DNA of 64,000 bases from Phoronis australis (Eukaryota > Animalia > Phoronida): assembly GCA_002633005.1 (NCBI GenBank), contig NMRA01000326.1:86675-150674 (forward strand), written 5' to 3'. The notes under the pieces were generated by a model. The model ran no database searches. It had not been told where the DNA came from and saw only the letters and a list, made by a program, of their open reading frames with translations. This document shows positions 48,201 to 62,067 of this stretch, one piece after another (positions within the stretch are counted from its first letter, which is position 1; the number at the start of each line of letters is the position of its first letter). Both the position numbers and the translations under genes were made by a program.

Positions 48201-48908
48201 TGTGCCACCTGGAAAAACACCGAAAAGAAATCATAAGCGTCATAAAAGTCCATTCAACAAAATCATTTTTGGAGAAAATTTTTCAATTCGGGCAAAAATA
48301 ATTACTGAAACTGCCAGATTTTCAAAGACTAACCACATTGTTGTAAACACTCAAAATTTTACCAAACACTATGCAAATCATGCTAAGAGCAAAGCAAATT
48401 TGCTGAAGTTTTCTTTATCTGACAAATATGAAATTTCTCATATCCGTTAGTTAGTATCTCAAACTGAAGAATTTTCACCGTATCATATATCATAAGGACA
48501 GAAACTGGTGACTTAACTATTCACGGAACTCTTTACAATACAGCAGACGGGCCACGTGATATTAGTCAATGCAGTTTAAACAACGAAATAAAAAAAGCAA
48601 AGTTCTCTTTTGATCCCAGCAGAATCAATACATCACAAATACATAGGTGACTGAACGAAACCAGTGTCAACACCAAACTACAATCCATCTCTATTGTAAC
48701 TTACATCCTGGTCCTTAAATTCAGTTTAGCTCAACTTCACACTTGAGTCTGTTCTTAAGTTCAATTGAAAAAATTCCATAAACTTACTTATTCCCATACA
48801 GTACCTACAATGCTTGTTGAAACTGAAGCACATTGGCTCCTGAAGCAGCAGCATAACAAGCACATTGTTGAGTGGGCAACTGGAATGTGTGTGATATCAA
48901 GCATGACG

Positions 48909-49092
48909 NNNNNNNNNNNNNNNNNNNNNNNNNNNNNNNNNNNNNNNNNNNNNNNNNNNNNNNNNNNNNNNNNNNNNNNNNNNNNNNNNNNNNNNNNNNN
49001 NNNNNNNNNNNNNNNNNNNNNNNNNNNNNNNNNNNNNNNNNNNNNNNNNNNNNNNNNNNNNNNNNNNNNNNNNNNNNNNNNNNNNNNNNNNN
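48909..49092. other. Assembly gap (184 N)
   Basis: Run of N. Confidence 1.
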
Positions 49093-49266
49093 GCCTGTAA
49101 CTTATGCAAACAGATATGACTGCAAGAGGTTGGACTCTGGACAGCACAGTACTTGACACAGATGTTAGAGTGTGCTCAAAATCAGTCAAATATATAAACT
49201 TGTGATGAACAATATTATCTAATTACAATAAGAACAAGCATCTGTTATCATAATTCACCTTATTTG

Positions 49267-49359
49267 GAGATAACAATAAGGTCTCACCTCTGTCTTATAT
49301 CACCAGGTTAAGAGATAACATTAAGGTCTCACCTCTGTCCTGTATCACCAGGTTAAGAG
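49267..49359. repeat. 45-bp tandem duplication
   Basis: gagataaca.taaggtctcacctctgtc.t.tatcaccaggttaa, 2 copies. Confidence 0.9.
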
Positions 49360-49763
49360 CAATCTCACTTAACTTAGAGCCTAAAGCCCTGCACAACACT
49401 GATAAAACCAATCAACAATCCAAGCAGTTCAACCTGACAACATGAACAGACCAATACCAAATGGTAAATACAACCCCAAGAGATATTTCAAGATCAAAAC
49501 CTTTTTCTGCACTGCATCATGTATTGATGTGACATGCTATTTTGTTGTTTTCCTGACTAGAATGTTTCAACACGTTATCACCATCAAGATCACATGATGA
49601 GATCAACAAAATAACAGATCAGTTTAATCAATTCAGATGATGAATTTAATAATTGAATAACACACAAACACCACAGAGGTTGCTACACATCTGCTGGTAA
49701 TACAAGGTTTGTATAATAAATAAGGCTCAGAACAAGGTAGACATCAAGCTACAAAACTCCTAT

Positions 49764-50661
49764 TGTCAGAATAAATATTGATTCATAAATTAGTATAGAT
49801 AGTTAGATTTTAAGTTAAATTTGTGCATAAAAAATCACGGGGTCAAACTTATTTACATGTATTTTAATGTCATGATCTATTTTTAGATGATGTTTACTAA
49901 CTTTGGTTCTGGGGTCAAAGCAAAAGATTTTAGAAATTCCTGAGAGCAAATCGTAACATCCAAAGATCTGATTGGATAAGATCATGTGATTTTTATTAGC
50001 CAATCATTAAATAAGTACATTATTATAATTTGGGTTGAAATTTGCAAAATACTCAGATAGGATTTTAAAAGTCAAGTTGAAGATAGAAGACTTGCTACAG
50101 TGTACAGAAGTAATTGTACAACAGAGCCATCTCGTAGAAAATTCTAAAGAGGATCTTGGTTAAGGCAAGGGTTAACGAACATGAAGTTAACTTAAGAGCT
50201 TGTCACTTGCATCATGGGTAGCCAGATACTGCCTACATATAGTGATGCGACACCAGAGACTGTGACCAACAAGAGGAATCGTTGGTGGAAGATACTGCCT
50301 GCAGGTATTGTGTCACGAGATACTGTGACCAGTATTAGTTCATTGTCGCAGTATAGTGTGTGTTAGTTCGAAGATTCACCAACAGGACTATCAAACAACA
50401 AATGTCAAGTCCTACAGCTTGGATAGCAGATAAGATGTTTGATTATTTATAATTAATTGATTGAAGTAATTCTAACAGAGGGCAGTAGCGTAGTTACTCT
50501 TCTTCGTTGTTAGTCTACTTAATTAACAACAGATTTCACTTGTTTTAATTAGTGGTTATCATATAACAAATTAATTACTGGATTTAATCATTCTCTCTCC
50601 ACCCATGCACAATCTCAAACCATAGCTACCTTTTAAACAAACCCACAGTCAACTCTTGACA
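49764..50661 (+). mobile_element. Possible old solo LTR
   Basis: tgtcagaata...ttgaca termini resembling the 21303 LTR start; flanks cctat/cctgc match only partly. Confidence 0.4.
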
Positions 50662-53600
50662 CCTGCACATTATGAAAATACCTATGATAACTAGTCCTTT
50701 TAAAAATTGAAAAATAAATAAGCTAAAATTGCAATTTCCACTTTTCAAAATCAATGTATTATTTTGTTATGTTTTTACAAGCACAGCCTCCTCAATCGCT
50801 TTCACATTACATCCAGGTTCTCATTCATTCACTTGCATACAGTCACTAGTAAGAGTGAGCTCAGAGGAGTAGGAGACACCTTTGAGCAATGCTGGGTTAT
50901 CTGCCAGTAACACCCCATGTCTAGTCCCTCTTAAAATCAACAATTTTTACTTGTCATGAGTAATTCCAGAGTTCTTAAAAAGAGTGTGTGGCATTTAGTT
51001 TAATGATCCCTGGTGACACTATTGCTGGTTATGATTTGTGAAACAATTTGAGATATTTACCGAGGTTTTCCGTAGATAAACCTTTGGAGAGTATTCAGGA
51101 AAATGAAAATTTTCAGGCATTTCTGTAACACCAAATAAACGCCTGGGCGTTAATTCGGAAAGAGGAGGCGTGTAAACGGAAACTTTTAGCCTCGGCCGAC
51201 ATGAAAATATCAGCGATTTTTTTGCATAAAACTGATTTTTAATTTTAAGTTAATAAATACATAGTTCGACAACACTTTGTTCGTTTTTATAAATGATAAA
51301 TGTTCCACAAAACTGAATTTGTGGCTAAAATTGATGCTAAGTGGGGTTTTAGAGCACATTTTCCGAATAAACGTCCCACTATCTGAACACTTGATACCAA
51401 AAGCTGTAACACCAAATAAATGCCCATGGACGTTTCATCAGGTGAGCCTATCTAAGGAAAATCCCGGAACCATTACAAGCAGGTCCTGGTGTAAGATGGG
51501 AACGAAGACGTAAATTCTCTATGGCCATCCTGAACGCAAAAGAAGTGATCATGAACATACATTTTTTTCTCTGAATTGACCTGAATGGTTGTTCAATTCA
51601 CAGTGTTATATCGATAATTTTAGAATAATACGGACTCTGAATTAGTTGATGGGTTGATTTTTAATTATATTTCACCTTTTTTATATTTCCTAGTGAGATT
51701 TAGCCAAACAAATATAACTAATTGCGTTTTGATTTTTTTCAGTTGAACTGTAGCCACACAACAAGTCCTTCAGGGTGTTAACCTCTAGGCCTTGATAATA
51801 TTTTAATAATCCATACAGTGACCTTGCTGGTAGAACTGACCCAAATACAGTACACTTGTGTGAATTAGGATGTAAACACTGACAATCATCTCCAAAATCA
51901 CATGCCCTCAGGTAATACACCTCATGAACATTAGTCATCCTGTCACATCATCCATATTTATAAAGCCTTTTAATTTCGAGTAATCCAGGAGAACCCATAT
52001 GATGCAAGATATGGGTAAACTTTATTGCAGACCCAGCGAAACGTATCACCTGGTAAAAACGATTTGACTTTGGGTGATAACAATGCAGTAGCACCTCATT
52101 GGCCATGGACGACTTCTGAATAGGGATGGCTTATTATGAATATCTTGGATGGATCCCTGATTTCAACACACTGCCTCACAAGCAGTAATACTGGTCTTCC
52201 ACTATGCCACCCAATGATGCTCTCATTTACGAGAGCAAAATCTGAACTTTGGGGGTTAAGAGGGGACTGTAGTCAAAATAATGTTGCAGTTAATTGGTTC
52301 CAACATACAAAAAAAATTCACATTTGCCCGACTTGTGCGCCAAACAAAAGCCAATTCGCAATCATGGTCAAAACACTGAATCCTGAAAGCGATCAGATTG
52401 GCTGATGTGTTAGTGATGTGAATGGCAGGGTATCGGCTGCTTTTCACATTCATTGCTTACGTCATATTTTGAAGAGCTTACATAGTAATTTATCATTGTA
52501 TCAATCGTCCTGTTTGCCACAGTGCAGTAAAAGGTTCGCCATGCCTTTTTGTATGGCACCTGGTTGTTCAAACTCTTCGAAAAAGGTGTCTTCTAAAGGA
52601 TTGGTCATCACATATATCATCGTCGGGTTACCCAAGCCTTGGCCCAAAGCTGTATACTAAATATAGCTCTACAGGTTTGCGCCAATGTGGGTAAAAAATG
52701 GACAAATAAAATCTGACTCAAAATTAATGTCACTAAAATTAATCTCATTCTTGAATAAACTTAGGAACCATGTTCCTAGAATAAACTAACTACAGTATTT
52801 AGTGGTGTTGGAAAAGTTAGCAATTGTTAACTGGCTGCTGCTAAAATTGTGATGTGTTCTCTTGAGTCATCTGTTTGCGATTACGTCACCTGACCTTTTA
52901 CCAGTTTCTTTTCTCCTCGATTCTTTTAACAAGTGTTCTTCGCTACCGGCACCAGCTAGGTTGCGTACATGTCACAACAAATTATCGGAACTTGTTTCGT
53001 TTCACTACAAGTTTTTAGTATTTTTATACCATCAAACCGAATTTTAGAACAAACCTTGGTGCTGCAAAATTGTCATCATCTCTCAAAAGACGTCTCAAAT
53101 TTTTAGGAAATGGCGCATGTGCCGTGTCACGATCGTGCTAATTTTGAAACAGACGACGCACTTCTTTGTTACAAAAAGCGGCAAATTATTCTACAAAATG
53201 ACATTTATTTGATTGTTTTCCATTTAAACGGCTGCAATGAAAAAGATTTTGCATTCACTTCCACCGGTTAGTTAGCTTTACATGTTGATGTAGCCTAAGT
53301 TTGACGACGAGGTGACGAGCATAAGTCTACTATACCCAGGTGGTACGATAGTCTTCATACATCTATAGTCGGTAACTGACCAACCCTTCAAGTTTACGGA
53401 GCTGAGAATTCGCTGGCAGCTGGCTGCCTTAAGAGACCACATTGCCCATGGCACAGTCACACCAGTGTAAATTGTTGATACGGACTGGTTGCATTGGCAT
53501 TAAAATTTTCATCAGACGATGACGACGACTGGGTATCACTTTGTGTTGCCTCGACTCAAACAGGTATCCCTGGTGACAGGACATTTCCCACTAAAATTTC

Positions 53601-53845
53601 TTATTCTGACAATACGAAGAACGCCACTTGACTGCACGATGACACAGGATAGTAACTTTGCCCCCGCCAAATACGTCACGAGAAGCAGTGCTCCAAGCGG
53701 GTAATTTTTTTGAGCTTCGTTAGAGAATATAAGTTTACTTTTTGATGTTGAATTACCGGGTATTTGTGAAATCAACAACTTATAGAAAACTATATACAAT
53801 TTATTCAGAATAAAATACAGTTCCCTTTTAACTTATCTCTGAGCA

Positions 53846-53943
53846 GGAGGCAGTGTGGTACAGTGGGATAAGTACCAACCTTTACTCAAGTGTGAAGTCG
53901 TGGGTTCAGTCCCACTAGGACACATTGATAGACACTTAAGTCA
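53846..53943 (+). mobile_element. tRNA-SINE head, same family as 39171-39405
   Basis: ggaggcagtgtggtacagtgggata...gggttcagtcccact. Confidence 0.75.
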
Positions 53944-53944
53944 T

Positions 53945-54490
53945 ATACACTAGCAAAATTTTGGAAATACAGCCATGGGTGCAGAAACAAACAAAACTAC
54001 CACTACGAGGCGCCACAATAGTCAAAGCCATCGGAAAATCATCGTAAGCCACCCTCTTCACAGTAAGAACATATATAGCCAATCTTCAAAATTATCCCTA
54101 GAGCAGTTTGGTTGATAGATGGGCAGATGCCAAAAAGCAGACTCAAAAACATTAACAATGGCCACTAGGTGACGCAAAATACCTCGAATCCATTCAAAAT
54201 TGGGAGTATAGCATAATTCCACTAATAGGTGACTAACTGCTATATTTTATGAAAATCCGTTGAAGGCCCTTGAAGATACAGAGGAAAGCCTAAAAAATTA
54301 AAACTACCACTACGGGGCACACCAGTAGTCGGAGAGGTCTGAAATTCGTTGTCATCCGTCCTAGGAGCACATCTCCCAACTCACATCTAGATCCTGTGAG
54401 GGGTTTAGGAGATACAGCTGTGGACGCCGGACACCCAGATAGAGATGACTGCAATATGCACCCATATACAAATATGTGGGCGCATAAAAA
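53945..54490 (+). mobile_element. HINE right-hand portion
   Basis: Three monomers (ccactacgaggcgcc, ccactaggtgacgc, ccactacggggcac) and terminus atgtgggcgcataaaaa. Confidence 0.85.
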
Positions 54491-55696
54491 AAGACGGGCA
54501 AAATATAAAAAAGTTGCTTGAAATGATGACCACTTTCTCAATACTATCGGCTGGTTGACTATTAGTAGAACGATGCCATTCTGCATCTGGCCAGGGCCGG
54601 GGCCCCCCGTCTACGTAGCCTAACCTTGGTACAAAGCTGTACACTAAATATACAGCCATTGAGTTGATGTGGGTAAAACCTGATCAAATAAAATCTGACA
54701 CAAAATTAGTGTCATTATACACTCTTCCTTGAGCAAAAGTTATTTACTGATGTTGAAAAATTTGGCGTTCTGCCATTCACCCTGCTACTAAAATTGGGGT
54801 GCGCTCTTTTGAGTCGGCTTTCAGCGCCGTCAGCTGTTGCGTTATTGGTCAGTTTCGTTCCTTGAGTTCTTCTTCTTCCAAGTACAAGTGATCGAACTGT
54901 TCTTCTCTTCCACGAAGTTGCGTACATGTCACATCAAATTATCACAATTTGTTTCATTTCCTTTCAAGCGTTTACTATTTTATACCAGCAAACCAAATTT
55001 CGGAACACATTTTACTCCTGCAAAGCTGTCATCATCTAAGAAATGTCGCAAAATTTTAGGAAATGGCACATACGAATGTCACGAGTGTACTGTTTTCAAA
55101 ACGAAGGCGGGCTTTCCTTTTTGCAAAAGGGGGAGAATTATATGCAAGAAAATGACGTTTACTAGATTGTTTTTCACTTAAACGGCTCCAACGGGCAAGG
55201 TGAGTGTCAGTTGACACCCAGATTTTGCATGCACCTCTGTCAGTTTATAGCTCTACATGTTGATATTATAAGTTTCACAACAAAGAGACGAGCAAAACTA
55301 ACTGGACTCCGTGAAATTTCGGAGTCTAACGGACCTCAACACACAGTGATACTGGTACCTAGCTGGATTTTAACGATAGTCTTCATATAGCTAGCTAGTC
55401 AGCTGGATGAACCTCTTTGTGCTGTACAGCCTCAGTGACATCATGAAAAACAGTGAGGCGTTACGGAACTCAGTGATCAATTTATCTTTTCAAAGTAAAA
55501 AAGAAAAATACTGTGCACAATTTATTAAGAAGATGTGAATGCCAGTAACCAACCTTTATACTTTCAACATTCATATTAAAATGCTGAAACATGTAGTTCA
55601 GGTCTCTTTTAAAGCCTTGAAAACTGGTGCATATATAACCATTGTTTAGAGAGACATGGCCTGGATACCCACAGTTTGTACTAAAACTAACAGTAA

Positions 55697-56141
55697 CCAT
55701 GATCAAGGTACCTAAACTACACGGTCAACGGACTCACAAACACGACTCACAGACCTGCAAACACCGTCCATTGACTCACAAACACGGGAACGGACTCACA
55801 AAACACGATCCACGCACCCAAATACACGGGACACGGACTCATATTCATGAGGAAACACGGTTAACGGACCGCCAAACACGGGTCACGGACAAAATGAAGA
55901 TGTCAGCTGACCCAGGAAGCCGATGAGTCCGTGACCCGTGTTTGGCGGTCCGTTAACCGTGTTTCCTCCTCAATATGAGTCTGTGTCCCGTGTATTTGGG
56001 TCCGTGGATCGTGCTTTGTGAGTCCGTTCCCGTGTTTGTGAGTCAGTGGACTGTGTTTGCAGGTCCGTGAGTCGTGTTCATGCATCCGTGCCCCGAGTTT
56101 ATGAGTCCGTTGACCGTGTAGTTTAGGTACCTTGATGATGG
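55697..56141. mobile_element. Fold-back MITE / long inverted repeat
   Basis: ~190-210-bp arms (atcaaggtacctaaactacacggtcaacggactca... and its reverse complement) around a ~38-nt spacer. Confidence 0.9.
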
Positions 56142-58952
56142 CAGCGCTAGCACACGCTGTTTGTACTGTACTCTCTATCAAACCAGCTGGTCCTGACACT
56201 CGCCAGAGGAGAGAGGTGCCTAAGTGGTTAAAACTACTAGTAACGTTCTACAGAAGCGATTCTATCCTTTAGGTGAATTCTTTAATCATTGGAGGGAATC
56301 AGGGAACATAAGGGCATTTTGGGATAATTTTGCATGATTTTAAAATATTTTTCATAAGAAAAATGGGGCCAATATTCAACCCAAAATCATAGCATCGAGG
56401 GTTTTCCAAATACATCTACGGTAAACCAGTTCCAAGGATTGCAGAGGCCAGGAGGTCATTATATACCATATGACTGTTGATCAGCAACCTGCACAACAAA
56501 CAGGCAGACACTGCAGTAGATATCAAAGACAGCAGTTAAAAGGTCAACTAGGTCACTGATGTCAGATCAAGCAAGAGTTGTCCATTACATACACAGTTGT
56601 AACTGTACAGTCAAAACCAAGGCTAGAACAACTGTCTGCAATGATCAAATGCTATAATTTCAAAACACCCAAACTTTCAAACAAAAAGGAAGGTTATTTA
56701 CATGCTACAAGACCAGCATTCAATAATTAAAACATACCTACTAGTAGGTACAATCAAACATGGTTGCCTGCAGTGAAAACACCTGTGCACAACATATACA
56801 GACAACAATATCAACAAACAAACCAAACAGGGTTCAGATCAATAAGGCTTCTACCTCTGAATATAGCAGGGTCATCAGATATTGCAGTTTTTTCAATGAG
56901 CAAGTGATTCTATGGCTAGATTTTCATGCCGCAAGACTGCTAAAAATTGAACTCTTCCCGAAATTGGGTTTACTGAGAAGGGTAAGTACCGTATTAAATA
57001 CACTCAACAAACTGGTCCATAATAACAGAAACTGAAACTTTTTAAAATGTAACCTTACCTTGTACTAAGAATAGAAAGTGAGGCCAAGGTACCAACAAGC
57101 GCACGCATTCAGGTTCTATATTCACTACATCCAGCAAACAAATACGGTATGACTGGCACAAACTCAATACTTTGCCCAGTGAAAGAGAGCCCAGAACCAA
57201 GACGAAGGGCTTTGTTGGACTATTCACATTTTTCAATGGCTAGACAATGCATGCCAGGGAACAGTAATTTTTAAGGAAAAATGTATCTCCAGGCATCTGT
57301 TCCACGAAAAGTGACTAAGACTTAAAACAGAAACATGGGCTGAGACCAAATTTCAGGCTTAGTCCCAAGAAAAAATGCATGCTATTCTACGCAAAACAAA
57401 GTGCAGTTGTATTCAATCAACAACTTGTTAATATGAAAACAAAAAAAGTCTTCAAATAGGTGACCTTTGCACAAATGAGGTACCTTGGGGGCTCACATAG
57501 CCAGCATCATGCAGTGTTAGGTCCCAACACCACCCTGGACACGGTTCAATGATTTGCCACGGATCATCTACACCACAAAACTCACTCTTAAAAACAATTG
57601 GTAATTTTCGACCTACTTCATATTCACATCATCGTTAATTGTGTTTCTAATTACTTTGGCGTAGCAATCACAGAGATAAGGAATTAGCGTGCAGGTTCCA
57701 CTTTGAGGTTATCTAGAACTTTACTGAATGACTTCAACACTAAGTAAGCTTTGTCAACAATTAAAAGTATGCATTTTTGGAAGGAGAAAGATCGAGGATT
57801 CTAAAATTATCCTTACTATGGTCTCTTTATTATAGTCACATAATTACATTTTAAGTCAAACTTTCATGTTCAAGAAAGGTACATTCATAGCAAAACAACC
57901 AAGCTGATTAGTAAAATTTGTCTCATAAACACTGCAACTTTCTTGGACTTGAAAATTTGACTTAAAAACGCTGTGGCCGTGTGACAATAATAAAAACACA
58001 GTAGTAAGAATCATATTTTTTGAATTCTATCAGAAAAAATATACTTTTAATGGTTGACAAAGCACAATTTTTCAGATATTGCCTTAGAGTTGAGGTCATT
58101 TATTATAGTCCTTAAAAGTCAATTTTTCACTCCAGGGCTTGACATGAGCAATAGGTCACATTTGGGACCTGAAATTTGAAAAAGTGAGTTGAAATTTTGC
58201 CACATTAGCCACACATATACAACTTGGGCATTTCAACACAGGGGAGCCGAGTCACCACTTGGGCATTCCAACACAGGAGAGCCGAGTCACCATCACCTCA
58301 ACAGAGTTTTTCTTTTTAGTTGAATGGAAAAATACATGTGCCACAGCAATCTTTTTAAGAATTAGACCATTTTTTCTGCTCAGCTTCGAAGACATTAAAC
58401 CGATGTTTAGAAACAAAAGAGGAAATTGTTGGAGACCATAGGAAGAATTTGGAAAAAAATATCTGGTGGAATATTCTCGGAATCTCGAAAAAATGCCATT
58501 GTGGATCAAAAAATTCATAATTGTACCTGTGTGAACTGTGATGTGACATTAGTTAACGCCTGTCTTTAAAATTGAAAAGAAGGCATGAGTTAAAGAGCTG
58601 GATGAAAAGCTAATCATACTAATCACTAAATAGAGATCAACATCTCATAAGTTAGATCTACATATTCCCAAATCATAATTCTAAACGCACTGAATTTAAA
58701 ATGTCTTGTTTTCACACTGGAAGACAGTACCGGTTTTTTTAATCAAAATGCCATAAACCAGGCTTCACATTTTGTTATAAGAAGATACTGAAGTCCTGTT
58801 ACTAATACATTTAAAACATTTCCTTTATTATTTAGATGGGCATGCATCAGAACCATCAACGAAATGGATCAGAGAGTAAGTTTCAATTGTACAACCTCAG
58901 GGCAAGTTCTAATTAAAAACAATTAATTACAATGCGTTTTTATCACAATGAT

Positions 58953-59118
58953 TGGTAATAATTTAAAACTTTCTTTCACATTTTATATTTTAATGGTAAT
59001 GTTTTAAAACTTTCTTTCACATTTTATATTTTAATGGTAATGTTTCAAAACTTTCTTTCACATTTTATATTTTAATGGTAATGTTTTAAAACTTTCTTTG
59101 GCACATTTTATATTTTAA
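58953..59118. repeat. 41-bp AT-rich tandem repeat, about 4 copies
   Basis: aaaactttctttcacattttatattttaatggtaatgtttt. Confidence 0.95.
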
Positions 59119-60254
59119 CAGTCACATTTGCTTATTGTTTTCAAATTAGTACTCTACTTAATGCATAAAAACAGTTTTCTTGGTAGCCAACAGGTGTCAG
59201 ATACAAAATGATTTCATTCTCATTCCCATTTATTGTATTGATCTACACTGCTTACCATCTTCGAAGTGCGGGTTTTAGAGGGTTGTTTTATATCTTTAAT
59301 CAGATGCATAGAAAAGTTAAAGTCTCAGAGTACATTAGGCCTACCAGTCATGATTTCGGTTAATCGGTATATTTTGAGTAAAAAACATTGAATCGGTAGC
59401 AAAAAACCAATATAGCTAAAACACTGCAAAAGTTTGAATAATTCTGAATTGATATCTTAGTCACAACAAACAATTTAATACCAGAAATTCTTTGGGTACA
59501 TCTGTCATGTACGTCCGTCACACACATTCAACTTACATGGAGGTGTCTTACAAAAATTTCTTAGAATATATCATCAAAAAATTTTGTGTTTTGTACTTTG
59601 CAAACATTGAACTCAATCATCATATAAAACAAAATATAGTAATCAAATGCAACTCACAGAAAATTAACGTTGAACATTTTTTTTTTCAAAATTTCAAATT
59701 CTCTGTGTATGTCTGTCACACCCCATTAGGGGCAATTTCCTGTCACATAAAAGAATAGGAGAAAAGTTGGTACGTGCTTTGAAATCTATCAATGAGGCCT
59801 ATCAATTGATGTATTAATCATTTTCCTAGGATGCAGTTTTTCACAATTGATCAAAATGTTCTCTGATTGTGCATCCGTCACAAATGGAATTGCCCATATA
59901 TTGGTAGCCATCCGGTACTAAACTAAAGTGATTTCTACACAATCGTATCTTTATATCTACTGCTCACATCACAATCATTGCAGTATGACATTTCCAACTA
60001 TCAATAATTTAAAGTTAATATCGCCCCTTATTGTGGTCTGCTGACCTACATAATTTGCACATTTATCATTAAAACACAAGTAATTGTGGATTTGTCACAC
60101 GGGTATTTATGATCAATTCATAACTGTTCATTGGCATTTGGTTCAGAAGATTTTGTTTCCCCTTTATAATTAAGAAGGCGATGTTAACGCATGCCTTTAT
60201 TATAGATATGAAATCTGCCATCTGCCCCTCCAGTCAAGGCACAGTGCCACCTTA

Positions 60255-60480
60255 AACACTAGACATGTGCATCCGATATTAGAGTATGCATGCCCAGTCT
60301 GGAGTCCTCATACATGCTCAAACATGGACAAGAAGGATTTATACTGTGAAGACTGTCAAGTTTCCACAACTCAATGGGAGGTTCTGTTCTATGAAATAAA
60401 GCAAGCTTGGCTACCAGACCTAGAACAGAGAAGACAAGGCCTTTACCTAGAGGCAGTCTAAGGCATCCAAACAGGCACCC
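60255..60480 (+). mobile_element. CR1/L2-type LINE 3' fragment
   Basis: HPILEYACPVWSPH matches the RPxLEYxxxVWxP C-terminal motif; LPDLEQRR follows. Confidence 0.7.
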
Positions 60481-62067
60481 CGACTCAAATCTAGACACCC
60501 CAGCTTGGACACCCGCTCAGCATTGTACACCCAAGAAGCAAGTAAGCATGGATGTCTCTTAATGTGCTATCACGCCAGAGGATATTACGTCATACCACCT
60601 GCTGCACGCAGTGTTAAAAATGAAGAGTTTCCGATTTTGGGAACTGAAGGAGTGACAGCTGGAAGAAACAGTTTGATAACGAGAATATTTCTTCGAGTTG
60701 GAAGGAATTAAATTCATCGACAGCCTCCTAAGGTGTCCGTCTATGCGCAAAAGTTATTTACAACAACGTGACTTTGATGCTTTAGTCAGTGTGAGGCATA
60801 ATTCACCGAACAGCTTACAGCGAACAAAGCTCCTATAGGAGCTACACTGTCTCTAATCAGCTAAGAGAAGCGAGGACAACAGTTTTTACCAAATCGCTTC
60901 ACGTATCTGTCATTGTGTAAAGTTTGTACATTACAATCGGCAAAAAATCACACAGAAATGCATCAAATGTGAATAAAATTTATTTCAAAGTATGAAATAA
61001 CATTGATCTGGTAGTCTTTTTGTCACAAAATCCGTTTAATGCTTTGCACGGATTTTTTGCTGCGAAGTGACCAACATTTCAGAGCAAAACGGTTGCAGGT
61101 AAAAATAACCGCTATTTGTTTTTCAACTCAGGAGAAAGACTAAACTCTCGAATTTTGACGTGAAACTGTGAATTCATAGAACAAATCCATGCGAACACGA
61201 TTACGTAAGTAATTTTCACTTTCCTACCCTTAAAAGTTGAAAAAGTTGCCTGTTCCCATGACGTTTAACTTTGATATGAATTTATTGGTATATTTCCTAA
61301 TTTGGGAACATAAAGAATTGTAGTTCGGACTGAAGAGTACATTAATGAACCAATGCAAACAGGCACTTCTTCGATTTCTGACAATCGGGTGTATTTCTGA
61401 CTCACTTCGTAGTTCTTGGTACTGTCGCTAGGGGCTCTCCTGCCAATCGCATAGAATGTTTGGGTCATACACTAAAGCACTTAATTTTTCCTGATGAAAA
61501 CTCAGTGTAAAAGAGAGCTAAAAATAATTTCTCGTTGTGAGAACAATGAAAGACATATTCATACACACAATGATTCTGATGTTTAGTGTGTTTTTCCTAT
61601 TTTTGCCGCACATTTTTGATGGGTCAGGCCATTGAGACCTGGGTTGGCGTGTTGCCAGACATGGCCACACCCATACTTTGCCTTTGGCCGAAACAGGTTA
61701 GCTAGCATGTCAAGACAGAAAATGAACATTTTAATTTTAGAGTAAACAAATGCCAATGTAGAGTTCTACCCCAGTCCTGTGTTTTCAATCAAAACTTTGT
61801 GTTCTACTTTTCACTACCATGGAAAACTATACATGCTTTCATTCTGAAAAACAATTGAGGTTCACCTATATTGTTCATATATCTGACCCTGGCCTATATC
61901 TTTCAGGCAACCTTTGCTGGAAGTTAATGTGGACCCATACCAAAAGACCATGTTTGCCGCAAGCTTGCAGCAAACATGCCGCAGGAGTTTGCCGCTACCC
62001 GCAACTCAGCCGCACACAACCTTGCTGCAACACTGAAGTTTGCAGGAATGTTGCGGCAAACTTGGTG

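Larger units (their letters stand above)
52400..55400 (+). mobile_element. Two diverged colinear copies (about 52540-53370 and 54570-55390) of a THAP-start DNA-transposon remnant
   Basis: MPFCMAPGCSNS at 52541 and MPFCIWPG at 54573; shared blocks aaataaaatctgac, gttgcgtacatgtcaca, ttttaggaaatggc. Confidence 0.55.

Noticed and set aside
48010-48450. 146-aa plus-strand ORF
   Set aside because: Antisense shadow of NHE exon 1 with a non-ATG start and no recognisable motif.
48765-49189. ORFs spanning poly-X
   Set aside because: Artefacts of the N gap.
55642-56199. Pair of similar ORFs on opposite strands
   Set aside because: Mirror translations of the two arms of the inverted repeat.
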